41,566 nucleotides of DNA from a bacterium BMS3Abin04 (GTDB lineage: Bacteria > Bacteroidota > Ignavibacteria > Ignavibacteriales > Melioribacteraceae), in assembly GCA_002898175.1 (NCBI GenBank), contig BDSW01000099.1, positions 1-41,566 of the forward strand, in the 5' to 3' direction. Positions 9,612 through 18,012 of the stretch are shown here, in pieces. The translations under genes were made by a program, and so were the position numbers. Numbering within the stretch: the stretch's first letter is position 1; the number at the start of each line of letters is the position of its first letter. The notes below the pieces were generated by a model. That model ran no database searches, was not told where the DNA came from, and worked only from the letters and a program-made list of their open reading frames with translations.

Positions 9612-11738
9612 ATGAGTGTAGAACGATTCAGTTATGATAATCAATCTCCCAAACTTTTTGCTTTGGCAACAATATTTTGGGGAGTTGTAGCAATGTTAGT
9701 GGGTTTAACAATTGCTATTCAACTGTATGTGCCTGCATTAAATCTTGGTATACCTTATACTACTTTTGGAAGATTGAGACCGCTTCATACAAATGCAGCT
9801 ATTTTTGCTTTTGTCGGGAATGCAATTTTTGCAGGAATTTATTATTCTCTTCAAAGAATATCGAAGGCAAGAATGTATAGTGATGTTCTAAGCAAAATTC
9901 ACTTTTGGGGATGGCAGTTAATAATTGTTGCCGCTGCTGTAACTTTAGTAAGCGGTATCACTACATCTAAAGAATATGCTGAATTAGAATGGCCTATTGA
10001 TATTGCTATTGCTGTTGTTTGGGTTGTGTTCGGCTGGAATATGATTGGAACATTAGTAAAGCGCCGCGAAAAACATATTTATGTCGCTGCCTGGTTTTAC
10101 ATTGCAACATTCGTAACGGTTGCGGTTTTACACATTGGTAATTCTATTGAGTTACCTGTTAGTTTTCTTAAAAGCTATCCTGTTTATGCCGGTGTACAAG
10201 ATGCGCTTGTTCAATGGTGGTACGGTCATAATGCAGTTGCTTTTTTCCTAACAACTCCGTTTTTAGGTTTAATGTATTATTTCCTGCCGAAAGCAGCTAA
10301 CAGACCTATATTCTCATATAAACTTTCTATTGTACATTTCTGGTCTTTAATATTTATTTATATATGGGCAGGCCCTCATCATTTACTATATACGGCTCTG
10401 CCTAATTGGGCACAATCTTTAGGAACGGCTTTTTCAATTATGCTCTGGATGCCTTCTTGGGGAGGTATGCTGAACGGTTTGCTAACTCTAAGAGGCGCTT
10501 GGGACAAAGTAAGAGACGATCCGGTTCTAAAATTTTTAGTAGTTAGTATTACGGCATACGGTATGGCCACTTTCGAAGGTCCAATGCTTGCACTTAAAAA
10601 TGTAAATGCCATTGCACACTATACCGACTGGATACCTGCTCATGTGCACGTCGGCACATTAGGATGGAATGGATTTATGACTTTCGGTGTGCTATACTGG
10701 ATGATACCCAAGCTCTTTAAAACAAAATTATATTCAAAAAAATTAGCAACCGCTCACTTTTGGATTGGAACATTAGGAATTATTACATGGGTCATTCCAA
10801 TGTGGTGGTCAGGAATTACTCAGTCATTAATGTGGAAAGAATTTACTCCACTTGGTTTATTAAAATACCCCAACTTTCTGGAAACAGTTTTACAAATAAT
10901 CCCGATGTATATCATCCGTTCAGTTGGCGGTACTTTATACTTTGTTGGAATGTTGATGTTGACTTACAATTTAATTAAAACAATGAAGCTTGGAAGCTTT
11001 GCTAAAAATGAAGATGCTGAAGCTCCTGCTTTAGTAATGGGAGAAAATAAACTTAGACGCGGTATGGCTCACAGATGGTTGGAAAGTAAACCTATTCTTT
11101 TTACAGTTGCTACATTTATTGTAATTTCCATTGGTGGTTTGGTAGAAATTGTTCCTACTTATTTAATTAAATCTAACATTCCAACAATTGCCAGTGTAAA
11201 ACCATATTCCCCTTTGGAACTTCAAGGTCGAGATGTTTACATCAGCGAAGGGTGTAATAATTGTCACTCACAACTTATACGTCCATTCCGCTCGGAAGTA
11301 GAACGGTACGGTGAATATTCAAAAGCAGGTGAATTTGTATATGATCACCCGTTTTTGTGGGGCTCAAAGAGAACCGGTCCTGATTTAGCGCGGATTGGAG
11401 GTAAATATTCGGATATGTGGCATTATTTGCACATGCAAAATCCCCGCCAGATGTCGCCGGGTTCTATAATGCCCGAATATCCTTGGCTCTTAGAAAACCG
11501 GTTGGACGTTGAATCAACTCCTGCTAAAATCTCGGTTATGAGAAAATTAGGTGTTCCTTATCCCGAAGGATATGAGGGAAAAGCAATAGCCGATTTAAAC
11601 AAACAGGCAAACAGTATTGCAGATGCACTGTTGGATAATGGAATTATTGTAGAGCCGGATGCCGAGATAATAGCACTAATTGCTTACTTGCAAAGATTAG
11701 GAACAGATATTAAAACTAAAGTTGCAGAAACGAAATAG
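9612..11738 (+). CDS. ccoNO: cbb3-type cytochrome c oxidase, fused subunits I and II (CcoN-CcoO)
   Basis: 708 aa. The N-terminal polytopic heme-copper oxidase part has WWYGHNAVAFF, AGPHHLLYT and HVHVGTLGW. The C-terminal part has one TM helix and a single CNNCH heme c site, as in CcoO. Fusion of N and O is the arrangement known from the FCB group. Confidence 0.95.
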   Translation: MSVERFSYDNQSPKLFALATIFWGVVAMLVGLTIAIQLYVPALNLGIPYTTFGRLRPLHTNAAIFAFVGNAIFAGIYYSLQRISKARMYSDVLSKIHFWGWQLIIVAAAVTLVSGITTSKEYAELEWPIDIAIAVVWVVFGWNMIGTLVKRREKHIYVAAWFYIATFVTVAVLHIGNSIELPVSFLKSYPVYAGVQDALVQWWYGHNAVAFFLTTPFLGLMYYFLPKAANRPIFSYKLSIVHFWSLIFIYIWAGPHHLLYTALPNWAQSLGTAFSIMLWMPSWGGMLNGLLTLRGAWDKVRDDPVLKFLVVSITAYGMATFEGPMLALKNVNAIAHYTDWIPAHVHVGTLGWNGFMTFGVLYWMIPKLFKTKLYSKKLATAHFWIGTLGIITWVIPMWWSGITQSLMWKEFTPLGLLKYPNFLETVLQIIPMYIIRSVGGTLYFVGMLMLTYNLIKTMKLGSFAKNEDAEAPALVMGENKLRRGMAHRWLESKPILFTVATFIVISIGGLVEIVPTYLIKSNIPTIASVKPYSPLELQGRDVYISEGCNNCHSQLIRPFRSEVERYGEYSKAGEFVYDHPFLWGSKRTGPDLARIGGKYSDMWHYLHMQNPRQMSPGSIMPEYPWLLENRLDVESTPAKISVMRKLGVPYPEGYEGKAIADLNKQANSIADALLDNGIIVEPDAEIIALIAYLQRLGTDIKTKVAETK

Positions 11739-11749
11739 GTGTTTAGAAA

Positions 11750-11938
11750 ATGTTTAAAAATATATTAAAATCTGTCGAGGGGACTGACACATTCTCTATT
11801 ATAGCAATGATAGTATTTTTCCTATTTTTTATTTATATAATTTACAGAACTTTTTATATGGATAAAAAAGTTATTGATAAAATGTCTCATCTTCCTCTTG
11901 AAGACGATGCTGAAGATTTAAAAACTAATAAAGAGTGA
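11750..11938 (+). CDS. ccoQ: Small single-TM CcoQ/FixQ-like cbb3 oxidase component
   Basis: 62 aa with one hydrophobic helix followed by an acidic tail. Its position between ccoNO and ccoP is the canonical CcoQ slot. The call rests mainly on context. Confidence 0.6.
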   Translation: MFKNILKSVEGTDTFSIIAMIVFFLFFIYIIYRTFYMDKKVIDKMSHLPLEDDAEDLKTNKE

Positions 11939-11941
11939 GAA

Positions 11942-12814
11942 ATGAAAAACATTAAAACTTATATTTGGGCTATATTAGGATTCTTTCTGCTATTCTTTAG
12001 TTCTCCAATATTTGCAGAAAGCAACTCCGGCGGAAATACTGCTGAAGCTATAATAGAAGTAATTGTTGCTGTCACAGTATTTTTTGTCGCTTTCATTTTA
12101 TGGCTTGCTTTGGTTTATTCGGAAAAAAATGATTTTGAAGGAAAAACATTTTTACAGCCTTTTAAAAACTTTATGCAGGCAATTAATAAATCAATACCGA
12201 TTGAAGAGGAAAATAAAATATTACTTGACCATGATTATGATGGAATTAAAGAATTAAACAATAAAATTCCACCATGGTATAATGCCATATTTGTAGGTAC
12301 AGTCATCTTCGCTGTTGTTTATATGATTAATTATCATGTTATCGGCAGCGGTAATGTACAAGAAGACGAATATGCCGAAGAAGTTCGATTAGCTGCCGTT
12401 CAACAAAAACTTTTAAGTGAGAGTGGAAAATTAATTGATGAAAGTACTGTTAAATTTGTCGATGACCCGGCAGCTCTTGCAAACGGTAAAGAAATATTTA
12501 TTAAACATTGTGCAGCTTGCCACGGACTAAAAGGTGAAGGCCTTGTTGGTCCTAATTTTGCCGATGACTATTGGATCCATGGAAATACAGCAAAAGACAT
12601 CTTCAAAACAATTAAGTATGGAGTTGTGGCTAAAGGAATGCCGACATGGAGTTCTCAGTTAAGTCCAAACGACATGCAAGATGTTGGGAGCTATATCATT
12701 ACTTTAAGGGGTACTAACCCGCCCAATCAGAAAGCGCCTCAGGGCAAGCTTTATAAATATGATGAAAATGCTCAAAAGGGAGCCGAAGACAAAGGGAAAA
12801 AGAAGAACATTTAA
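11942..12814 (+). CDS. ccoP: cbb3-type cytochrome c oxidase subunit III (CcoP/FixP), monoheme variant
   Basis: FixP N-terminal motif DHDYDGIKELNNKIPPWY followed by a TM helix, then one cytochrome c domain with a single CAACH. No second CxxCH is present in the 290 aa. Confidence 0.85.
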   Translation: MKNIKTYIWAILGFFLLFFSSPIFAESNSGGNTAEAIIEVIVAVTVFFVAFILWLALVYSEKNDFEGKTFLQPFKNFMQAINKSIPIEEENKILLDHDYDGIKELNNKIPPWYNAIFVGTVIFAVVYMINYHVIGSGNVQEDEYAEEVRLAAVQQKLLSESGKLIDESTVKFVDDPAALANGKEIFIKHCAACHGLKGEGLVGPNFADDYWIHGNTAKDIFKTIKYGVVAKGMPTWSSQLSPNDMQDVGSYIITLRGTNPPNQKAPQGKLYKYDENAQKGAEDKGKKKNI

Positions 12815-12870
12815 GTAACTTAAAATTCATTTTTAATGATATAAATTTTAGAGAAAATCATTATTATTCG

Positions 12871-12909
12871 AACCTCGGTTCAATTAATTTGGACTGAGGT
12901 TTTATTTAG
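12871..12909 (+). terminator. Rho-independent terminator-like hairpin after ccoP
   Basis: AACCTCGGTTCAA / TTGGACTGAGGTT forms a 13-bp stem (two G-U pairs) with loop TTAAT, followed by TTTATTTAG. It lies 57 nt after the ccoP stop. Confidence 0.55.
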
Positions 12910-12945
12910 TTTATTTATAATGATTCTTAAGAAAGTATTAGTAGT

Positions 12946-14361
12946 ATGGAAAACAACCGGAAAGATACGGAGGAATTTCGCGATCATTTATCGACTGTAA
13001 CAGAAGAGGGCAAGCGTGTTTGGGTATATCCTAAAAAGCCGAAGGGTAAATTTTATAATGCCCGGGAAATAGTTGCCGTTTTGCTGTTGGCAATATTGTT
13101 TGGAACACCTTTCATAAAAATTAACGGGCATCCGTTAATACTGCTCGATATTCTTGATAGGAAGTTTATTTTGTTCGGCGTTCCATTCGGTCCGCAAGAT
13201 TTTCATCTTTTTGTGCTTACTATAATTGGATTGGTAATATCTGTCTTTCTGTTTACGGTTGTTTATGGTAGAATTTGGTGCGGCTGGGCATGCCCGCAAA
13301 CAATTTTTATGGAAATGTTATTTAGAAAAATAGAATACTGGATTGAAGGTGATGCGAATAAACAGCGGGCATTAAACAAAGCTCCTTGGACGGGAGAAAA
13401 AATTTTCAAGAAGGGTTTTAAGCATATTATATTCGGTATCCTTGCCTTTCTTATTGGAAATGCTTTGCTGGCTTGGGTTATTGGAATAGACGGAGTTTAT
13501 GAAATAGCAAGTAAACCAATATCTTCCGTAATGGGTAAGTTTACTGCAATGATAATTTTCAGCGGGATTATATACTTTTTCTACGCATATTTTCGAGAGC
13601 AAGTATGCACGCTTATTTGTCCTTACGGTAGATTACAGGGTGTGATGCTCGATCAAAATTCGCTTGTAATTACATATGACTACAAACGAGGTGAACCGAG
13701 AGGCAGAATTAAAAAAGATGTTGAGCAAAACTTAGGGGATTGCATTGACTGCCGTCTGTGTGTGGATGTTTGTCCGACGGGAATTGATATACGAAACGGT
13801 ACGCAGCTGGAATGCGTTAACTGTACCGCCTGCATAGATGCTTGCGATGCTGTAATGACTAAAGTAAAACGTCCAGTCGGTTTAATTCGTTATGCTTCGA
13901 AAAATGAAATTGAAACCGGGAAGCGAAAAATCTTTACACCAAAAGCTATTGGTTACACGGTTATATTAGCATTGCTGTTCGGATTGATTTTCTTTTTACT
14001 TTCAACAAGATCTAATTTTGAGTTGTCAATCGTCAGAACAGCCGGATTATTGTCGCAGCAGCAGCCCGGTAATAAGATAAGCAATTTGTACGATTTTGAT
14101 ATTATTAATAAAACCTTTGATGATCTGCCGGCGGAATTGGAATTAGTCGGCAGAAAAGGTGAAATAAAAGTTGTAAGCGGAAACTTGAATGTTAAACCTC
14201 AAAGTATTGCTAAAGGAAAACTTTTAGTGATTTTACCCGAAGCAGAAGTTAAACAACTTAGTTCATCTATTCAGATAGCCGTTAAGACTAAGGGGAAAGT
14301 AATTGATATTATTAAAACAAACTTTCTTGGCAAAATAAAAAGGAATAAAAGGAAAAAATGA
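12946..14361 (+). CDS. ccoG: Cytochrome c oxidase accessory protein CcoG (membrane 4Fe-4S ferredoxin-type, cupric reductase family)
   Basis: WCGWACPQ and CTLICPYG membrane Cys motifs. Two ferredoxin motifs, CIDCRLCVDVCP and CVNCTACIDACD. C-terminal TM helix plus beta domain. 471 aa. Confidence 0.9.
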   Translation: MENNRKDTEEFRDHLSTVTEEGKRVWVYPKKPKGKFYNAREIVAVLLLAILFGTPFIKINGHPLILLDILDRKFILFGVPFGPQDFHLFVLTIIGLVISVFLFTVVYGRIWCGWACPQTIFMEMLFRKIEYWIEGDANKQRALNKAPWTGEKIFKKGFKHIIFGILAFLIGNALLAWVIGIDGVYEIASKPISSVMGKFTAMIIFSGIIYFFYAYFREQVCTLICPYGRLQGVMLDQNSLVITYDYKRGEPRGRIKKDVEQNLGDCIDCRLCVDVCPTGIDIRNGTQLECVNCTACIDACDAVMTKVKRPVGLIRYASKNEIETGKRKIFTPKAIGYTVILALLFGLIFFLLSTRSNFELSIVRTAGLLSQQQPGNKISNLYDFDIINKTFDDLPAELELVGRKGEIKVVSGNLNVKPQSIAKGKLLVILPEAEVKQLSSSIQIAVKTKGKVIDIIKTNFLGKIKRNKRKK

Positions 14362-14801
14362 AATTAAATTGGGGAACGGGAATACTTGTTTTTTATGTTT
14401 TATTTATGGCTGTATCTATTTGGTTTATTTCTTTTGCAATGTCGAAAGATGTAAATTTGGTTACGGATGATTATTACAGTAAAGAAATTAAGTATCAAGA
14501 ACAGATTGACCGGGTAAAAAGGACTAATAATTTACCTGAAAAATTAAAAGTAAAAGTTCTGGGTGAAAATATTGTATTCCGTTTCCCCTCAATTTTTAAA
14601 TCGGATAAAATTGAAGGAAATATTTTATTATACCGCCCGTCTAATAGGTATTACGACCATTCTTTATCTATTGAGTTGAATAAAAATAATGAGCAATCTT
14701 TCTCAAGTGAAAATTTGTTGAAAGGACTTTGGAAAATAAAAGTCGATTGGACAGTTGATTCTCTTACTTATTTTAACGAAGAAAATATTATGGTGAATTA
14801 A
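14358..14801 (+). CDS. FixH/CcoH-family protein
   Basis: 147 aa with one N-terminal TM helix and then DDYYSKEIKYQEQIDR, typical of FCB-group FixH-like proteins. 4-nt overlap (ATGA) with ccoG. Confidence 0.75.
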   Translation: MKLNWGTGILVFYVLFMAVSIWFISFAMSKDVNLVTDDYYSKEIKYQEQIDRVKRTNNLPEKLKVKVLGENIVFRFPSIFKSDKIEGNILLYRPSNRYYDHSLSIELNKNNEQSFSSENLLKGLWKIKVDWTVDSLTYFNEENIMVN

Positions 14802-15518
14802 ATGGAAATTTGGACCGGGTTTCTAATTGGTTTTTTAGGCAGTTTTCATTGTGTAGGGATGTGCGGACCAATTGCACTTGCGCTGCCCATAGGGAAAGCT
14901 AACAATACACAGTTGGTTATAAGTAGAATCCTTTATAATCTCGGTCGTGTAGTAACCTATTCATTCTTTGGTTTAGTCTTTGGTTTTTTCGGAGAAGGTT
15001 TTGCTTTTGCCGGAATTCAGAATTATGTTTCGATTATTGTCGGCGCTATAATTTTAATTTATTATTTAATGCCGAATAAATATAAAGGGAAATTAGCATT
15101 AACAGTACCTTATAAATTAGCAAGCGGATTTGTAAGAAAGTCTTTTGCCGGATTAACTAAAACCGGTTCTCCCCAAACGTTATTCCTTTTCGGAATAATA
15201 AACGGATTTCTGCCTTGCGGATTTGTTTATGTTGCATTAGCCGGCGCAATAACAACCGGCGGAGCATTATCCGGAGCTTTGTTTATGGCTTTGTTTGGAT
15301 TAGGAACTATACCAATTATGCTGACAACGTCATTAGTCGGTAAGTTTCTTAATGTCGGCGTAAAAAGAAGAATGAATAAATTAATCCCGGTCTTTGCAGT
15401 TATTCTTGCAACAATATTTATTCTAAGAGGTTTAAATTTAGGCATTCCATATTTAAGTCCGCCCGCTAAAATGCTAAAACCGCACAAAACGATGATGCTG
15501 CACCAAATGGATAATTAA
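14802..15518 (+). CDS. Polytopic membrane protein of the TauE/SafE / DsbD_2-like family that closes FCB-type cco clusters
   Basis: 238 aa with about 6-7 TM helices and the N-terminal GSFHCVGMCGPIAL Cys motif. It starts one base after the fixH stop. The functional name is inherited from the family only. Confidence 0.7.
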   Translation: MEIWTGFLIGFLGSFHCVGMCGPIALALPIGKANNTQLVISRILYNLGRVVTYSFFGLVFGFFGEGFAFAGIQNYVSIIVGAIILIYYLMPNKYKGKLALTVPYKLASGFVRKSFAGLTKTGSPQTLFLFGIINGFLPCGFVYVALAGAITTGGALSGALFMALFGLGTIPIMLTTSLVGKFLNVGVKRRMNKLIPVFAVILATIFILRGLNLGIPYLSPPAKMLKPHKTMMLHQMDN

Positions 15519-15620
15519 GAATTGAAGATTTTTTTATTAGTGATTTTTCTTATGTTGTTTCTTTAACTGAAAAAACAAAGTTGAGATAAATATAAAATAT
15601 TAAATTAAAATTATTATTTT

Positions 15621-15700
15621 ACGTCTTTACGTCTTTACGTCTTTACGTCTTTACGTCTTTACGTCTTTACGTCTTTACGTCTTTACGTCTTTACGTCTTA
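15621..15700. repeat. Perfect octanucleotide tandem repeat (ACGTCTTT) x10
   Basis: Read directly. Nine perfect copies of ACGTCTTT plus a tenth ending in A, followed by a degenerate ACGTTTCA. Intergenic, 103 nt after the tauE-like stop and 354 nt before the ATG at 16054. Confidence 0.98.
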
Positions 15701-15720
15701 CGTTTCAACTTTTCCTTTTG

Positions 15721-15760
15721 TGCTGCTTCGTGCTTCTTTATGCTGCTTTGTGCTATAGCT
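15721..15760. repeat. Degenerate decanucleotide tandem repeat (TGCTKCTTYR-like) x4
   Basis: The consecutive 10-mers TGCTGCTTCG, TGCTTCTTTA, TGCTGCTTTG and TGCTATAGCT each begin with TGCT. Confidence 0.8.
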
Positions 15761-16053
15761 CTATTTGTTCAAAGTAGAAAATTTCATAATTCGTGAAAAT
15801 CCTTGTTTTTATTGTTTTCTCTGTTCAATGCTTAACCGTTTTCGTGTTTAAAAGGGCTTATATTTCCCTCAAAAATTTATTAATTTATAAAACCAATTAA
15901 AAAACTATTTACTGGATTGTTCAATAGAACAAGATAAAGTATATTAAAGATAACAATTATAACAAGTCAAAAAGAGATATTTTAAACTTGACATAATCGT
16001 TTTTTTTACTTTAATGTCCGAATATACTATTTAAAATATTATAGGAGGACGAA

Positions 16054-16515
16054 ATGCAGAAAAGATATGTTTTTCTATTTATTGCTGCTATTTTATTAAC
16101 ATTATTCGTTTTATATTCATGTAATGAACCTAATGTTGTAGAGAATAAAAAGACGGTAAAAAATGAAAAACCGGTTCTTAAAAAAACAACAAATGACGAA
16201 AGTAAAGCAGGAAGTGATCTTAATAATCAATCTTCATCTGAAGTAAGTATTGGAGATATTGTTAAAAGAAAAGATATTAAAGGGAAAGAAATAGGTCCTA
16301 AAAAACCGGCTTGCGATTGGAAGACTGTGGAAGTATGGGAAATAGAAAATTATAAACCTAAACCGGGTAAATTTTTGGGTGTTTGGCCTTATTATCATTC
16401 AACATCGTATTTAAAAAATTTAAGAACTAAATGGGGTTATTCATACGTATATGCTATAAACCATACAGTGTATAGTTATGCAATATCAGCAGAGTTTGAT
16501 AACATAATATTATGA
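16054..16515 (+). CDS. Hypothetical lipoprotein; segment 1 of 3 of an apparently split ~400-codon gene
   Basis: AGGAGG Shine-Dalgarno 6 nt upstream. Signal peptide with lipobox-like LYSC. The stop overlaps the next ORF's ATG (ATGA). Confidence 0.7.
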   Translation: MQKRYVFLFIAAILLTLFVLYSCNEPNVVENKKTVKNEKPVLKKTTNDESKAGSDLNNQSSSEVSIGDIVKRKDIKGKEIGPKKPACDWKTVEVWEIENYKPKPGKFLGVWPYYHSTSYLKNLRTKWGYSYVYAINHTVYSYAISAEFDNIIL

Positions 16516-17045
16516 CGGATTGTTCTTTCCTTACAGGTCCTACAGGGACTTCAGTATATCAAGATAAAATTAATAATAGCAATGCAGGTTATTATTATGT
16601 TGGTGAGGCTGTAAATCATGGTTGTATCGGTAATAAAGGGAAAAGGATGTATTCACCGGATGAATTAAATTATGTAGCTTCTTATATTCACAGTAGAAGA
16701 CCGGGAGCAAAATTTGTAAGCGACGGTTATAAGAGATGCGGACATTTTGATGTTCTTGCGGGGATTGTGGATAAAATTATGTTCTCTTCCGATGAACATT
16801 GGTATAAAGTAAATTTACCTGGATGTTATACAAATATGGGTTGGGGCGAGGATTATGAAAATTATATGTGGTGGGCAGGGGACTATGATCAACGTCCGGA
16901 TTGGAGCGATATGAAAACGAGATATGGTAGTAGTAAATTCTCCATGACATGGATATATACATTTGAAATTACTGAGTTTGATAACTTATTCGGACATGCG
17001 AAGAATCTTGGGCTAAACGGAGTGTGGGTGTACGGGTTATACTGA
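16512..17045 (+). CDS. Hypothetical protein; segment 2 of 3 of the split gene
   Basis: 177 stop-free codons in an AT-rich genome, with a protein-like Trp/Tyr/Gly-rich composition (WGEDYENYMWWAGDYDQRPDW). No signal peptide of its own. Confidence 0.6.
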   Translation: MTDCSFLTGPTGTSVYQDKINNSNAGYYYVGEAVNHGCIGNKGKRMYSPDELNYVASYIHSRRPGAKFVSDGYKRCGHFDVLAGIVDKIMFSSDEHWYKVNLPGCYTNMGWGEDYENYMWWAGDYDQRPDWSDMKTRYGSSKFSMTWIYTFEITEFDNLFGHAKNLGLNGVWVYGLY

Positions 17046-17259
17046 TAATGGTGTTCCTGTTGCGCATTATGATGAAAAATGGGGTAATATTAGTTATGCC
17101 GCATGGAATCAAGGATTTTTAAGACAATTCAGAAGAAAGTATTACTATACTTATCATTGCTTAGAACCCGATCCTTGTAACAACTGTAATGACCCTGATG
17201 CGCAATGGGTATTGGATAGTGTTTATAAAACAAGTGAAATAAAGGAATTTTATCCGTAA
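17017..17259 (+). pseudogene. Start-less third segment of the split gene (frame of segment 1)
   Basis: 80 sense codons (TECGCTGYTDNGVPVAHYDEKW...HCLEPDPCNNCNDPDAQW...EFYP) plus a stop. There is no ATG, GTG or TTG until codon 65 of 80 (a TTG 16 codons before the stop), and the segment overlaps the end of segment 2 by 29 nt. It can only be expressed by a frame change. Confidence 0.6.
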
Positions 17260-17294
17260 ACAAAAATAATGTTTAGAAAAAATATGAGGTCTCT

Positions 17295-17858
17295 ATGAAA
17301 AAATTCGTGTTGTTATTTTTGTTTTTTCCAATACTAATCTCGGCACAGCATTTCAAACTCGGCTTCGATACGGAATTGAGTTACATTCGTGTTAATAATG
17401 CTAAGGGTGATAACTCTCACGGCGTAGGTTATGAATCTTTTATACCTATAACGTTTAATTTAATTACCGGGTATAATTTTAATAAAAAATTTTCCATGCA
17501 GGCGCATATCGGTAAAACTTTTATAGCTGTTGAATTCAGCGGTTTTGAGATCGGGTTAAATGGAGTTTACAATTTGGACAAATCATTTTATACTTCTGCA
17601 GGTGTTTTGCACCATTCAAATGAAGGAGGCAGCGTTTCCATGTCTCACGGAGTTACGTTCGCTTCACTTTTTATGCTAACAGCAGGAATTGGTTACAGAA
17701 CTTCTAAGCATTTTGCTCTGGAAATAAACTATTATCATCCAACCAACAAAAAGCTTTTATATTACTACAATCCTATGTATCTAACAGAGGGCGCTGATAC
17801 AAGATCTTTTTTCGATTATATGCTCAGGCTGAATTTTGTGTTTTCTTGGGATTTCTAG
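17295..17858 (+). CDS. Small outer-membrane beta-barrel protein, paralogue 1 of 3 (8-stranded OmpX/OmpW-size class)
   Basis: Signal peptide ending ISAQ. Alternating hydrophobic pattern. C-terminal beta-signal YMLRLNFVFSWDF ending in Phe. About 168 aa mature. Confidence 0.7.
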   Translation: MKKFVLLFLFFPILISAQHFKLGFDTELSYIRVNNAKGDNSHGVGYESFIPITFNLITGYNFNKKFSMQAHIGKTFIAVEFSGFEIGLNGVYNLDKSFYTSAGVLHHSNEGGSVSMSHGVTFASLFMLTAGIGYRTSKHFALEINYYHPTNKKLLYYYNPMYLTEGADTRSFFDYMLRLNFVFSWDF

Positions 17859-17938
17859 GTAAATGTTGATAATGTTAAACGGAAAACTTGCATCTATTTA
17901 GACAAGTATTTAAATAAGTATTAAATTATTTAGGTTTT

Positions 17939-17947
17939 CCCCCCCCC
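17939..17947. repeat. Poly-C homopolymer (C9) 66 nt upstream of paralogue 2
   Basis: Read directly: ggttttCCCCCCCCCggag. Confidence 0.95.
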
Positions 17948-18012
17948 GGAGTAGAGGCAATCAAAAAGGGGAATAACAAATATTTATTTATCAAAATATT
18001 TAGAGTAGATAA

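Noticed and set aside
15621-15700. Possible CRISPR array, because of the regular repeats.
   Set aside because: The 8-bp units are contiguous with no spacers and no cas genes are nearby. It is a microsatellite, not a CRISPR.
16500-17045. Programmed ribosomal frameshifting as the explanation for the three-segment gene.
   Set aside because: There is no X_XXY_YYZ slippery heptamer and no prfB-like CUU_UGA site at either junction, and no obvious downstream pseudoknot. Indels (a pseudogene or sequencing error) are the simpler reading. It remains untested.
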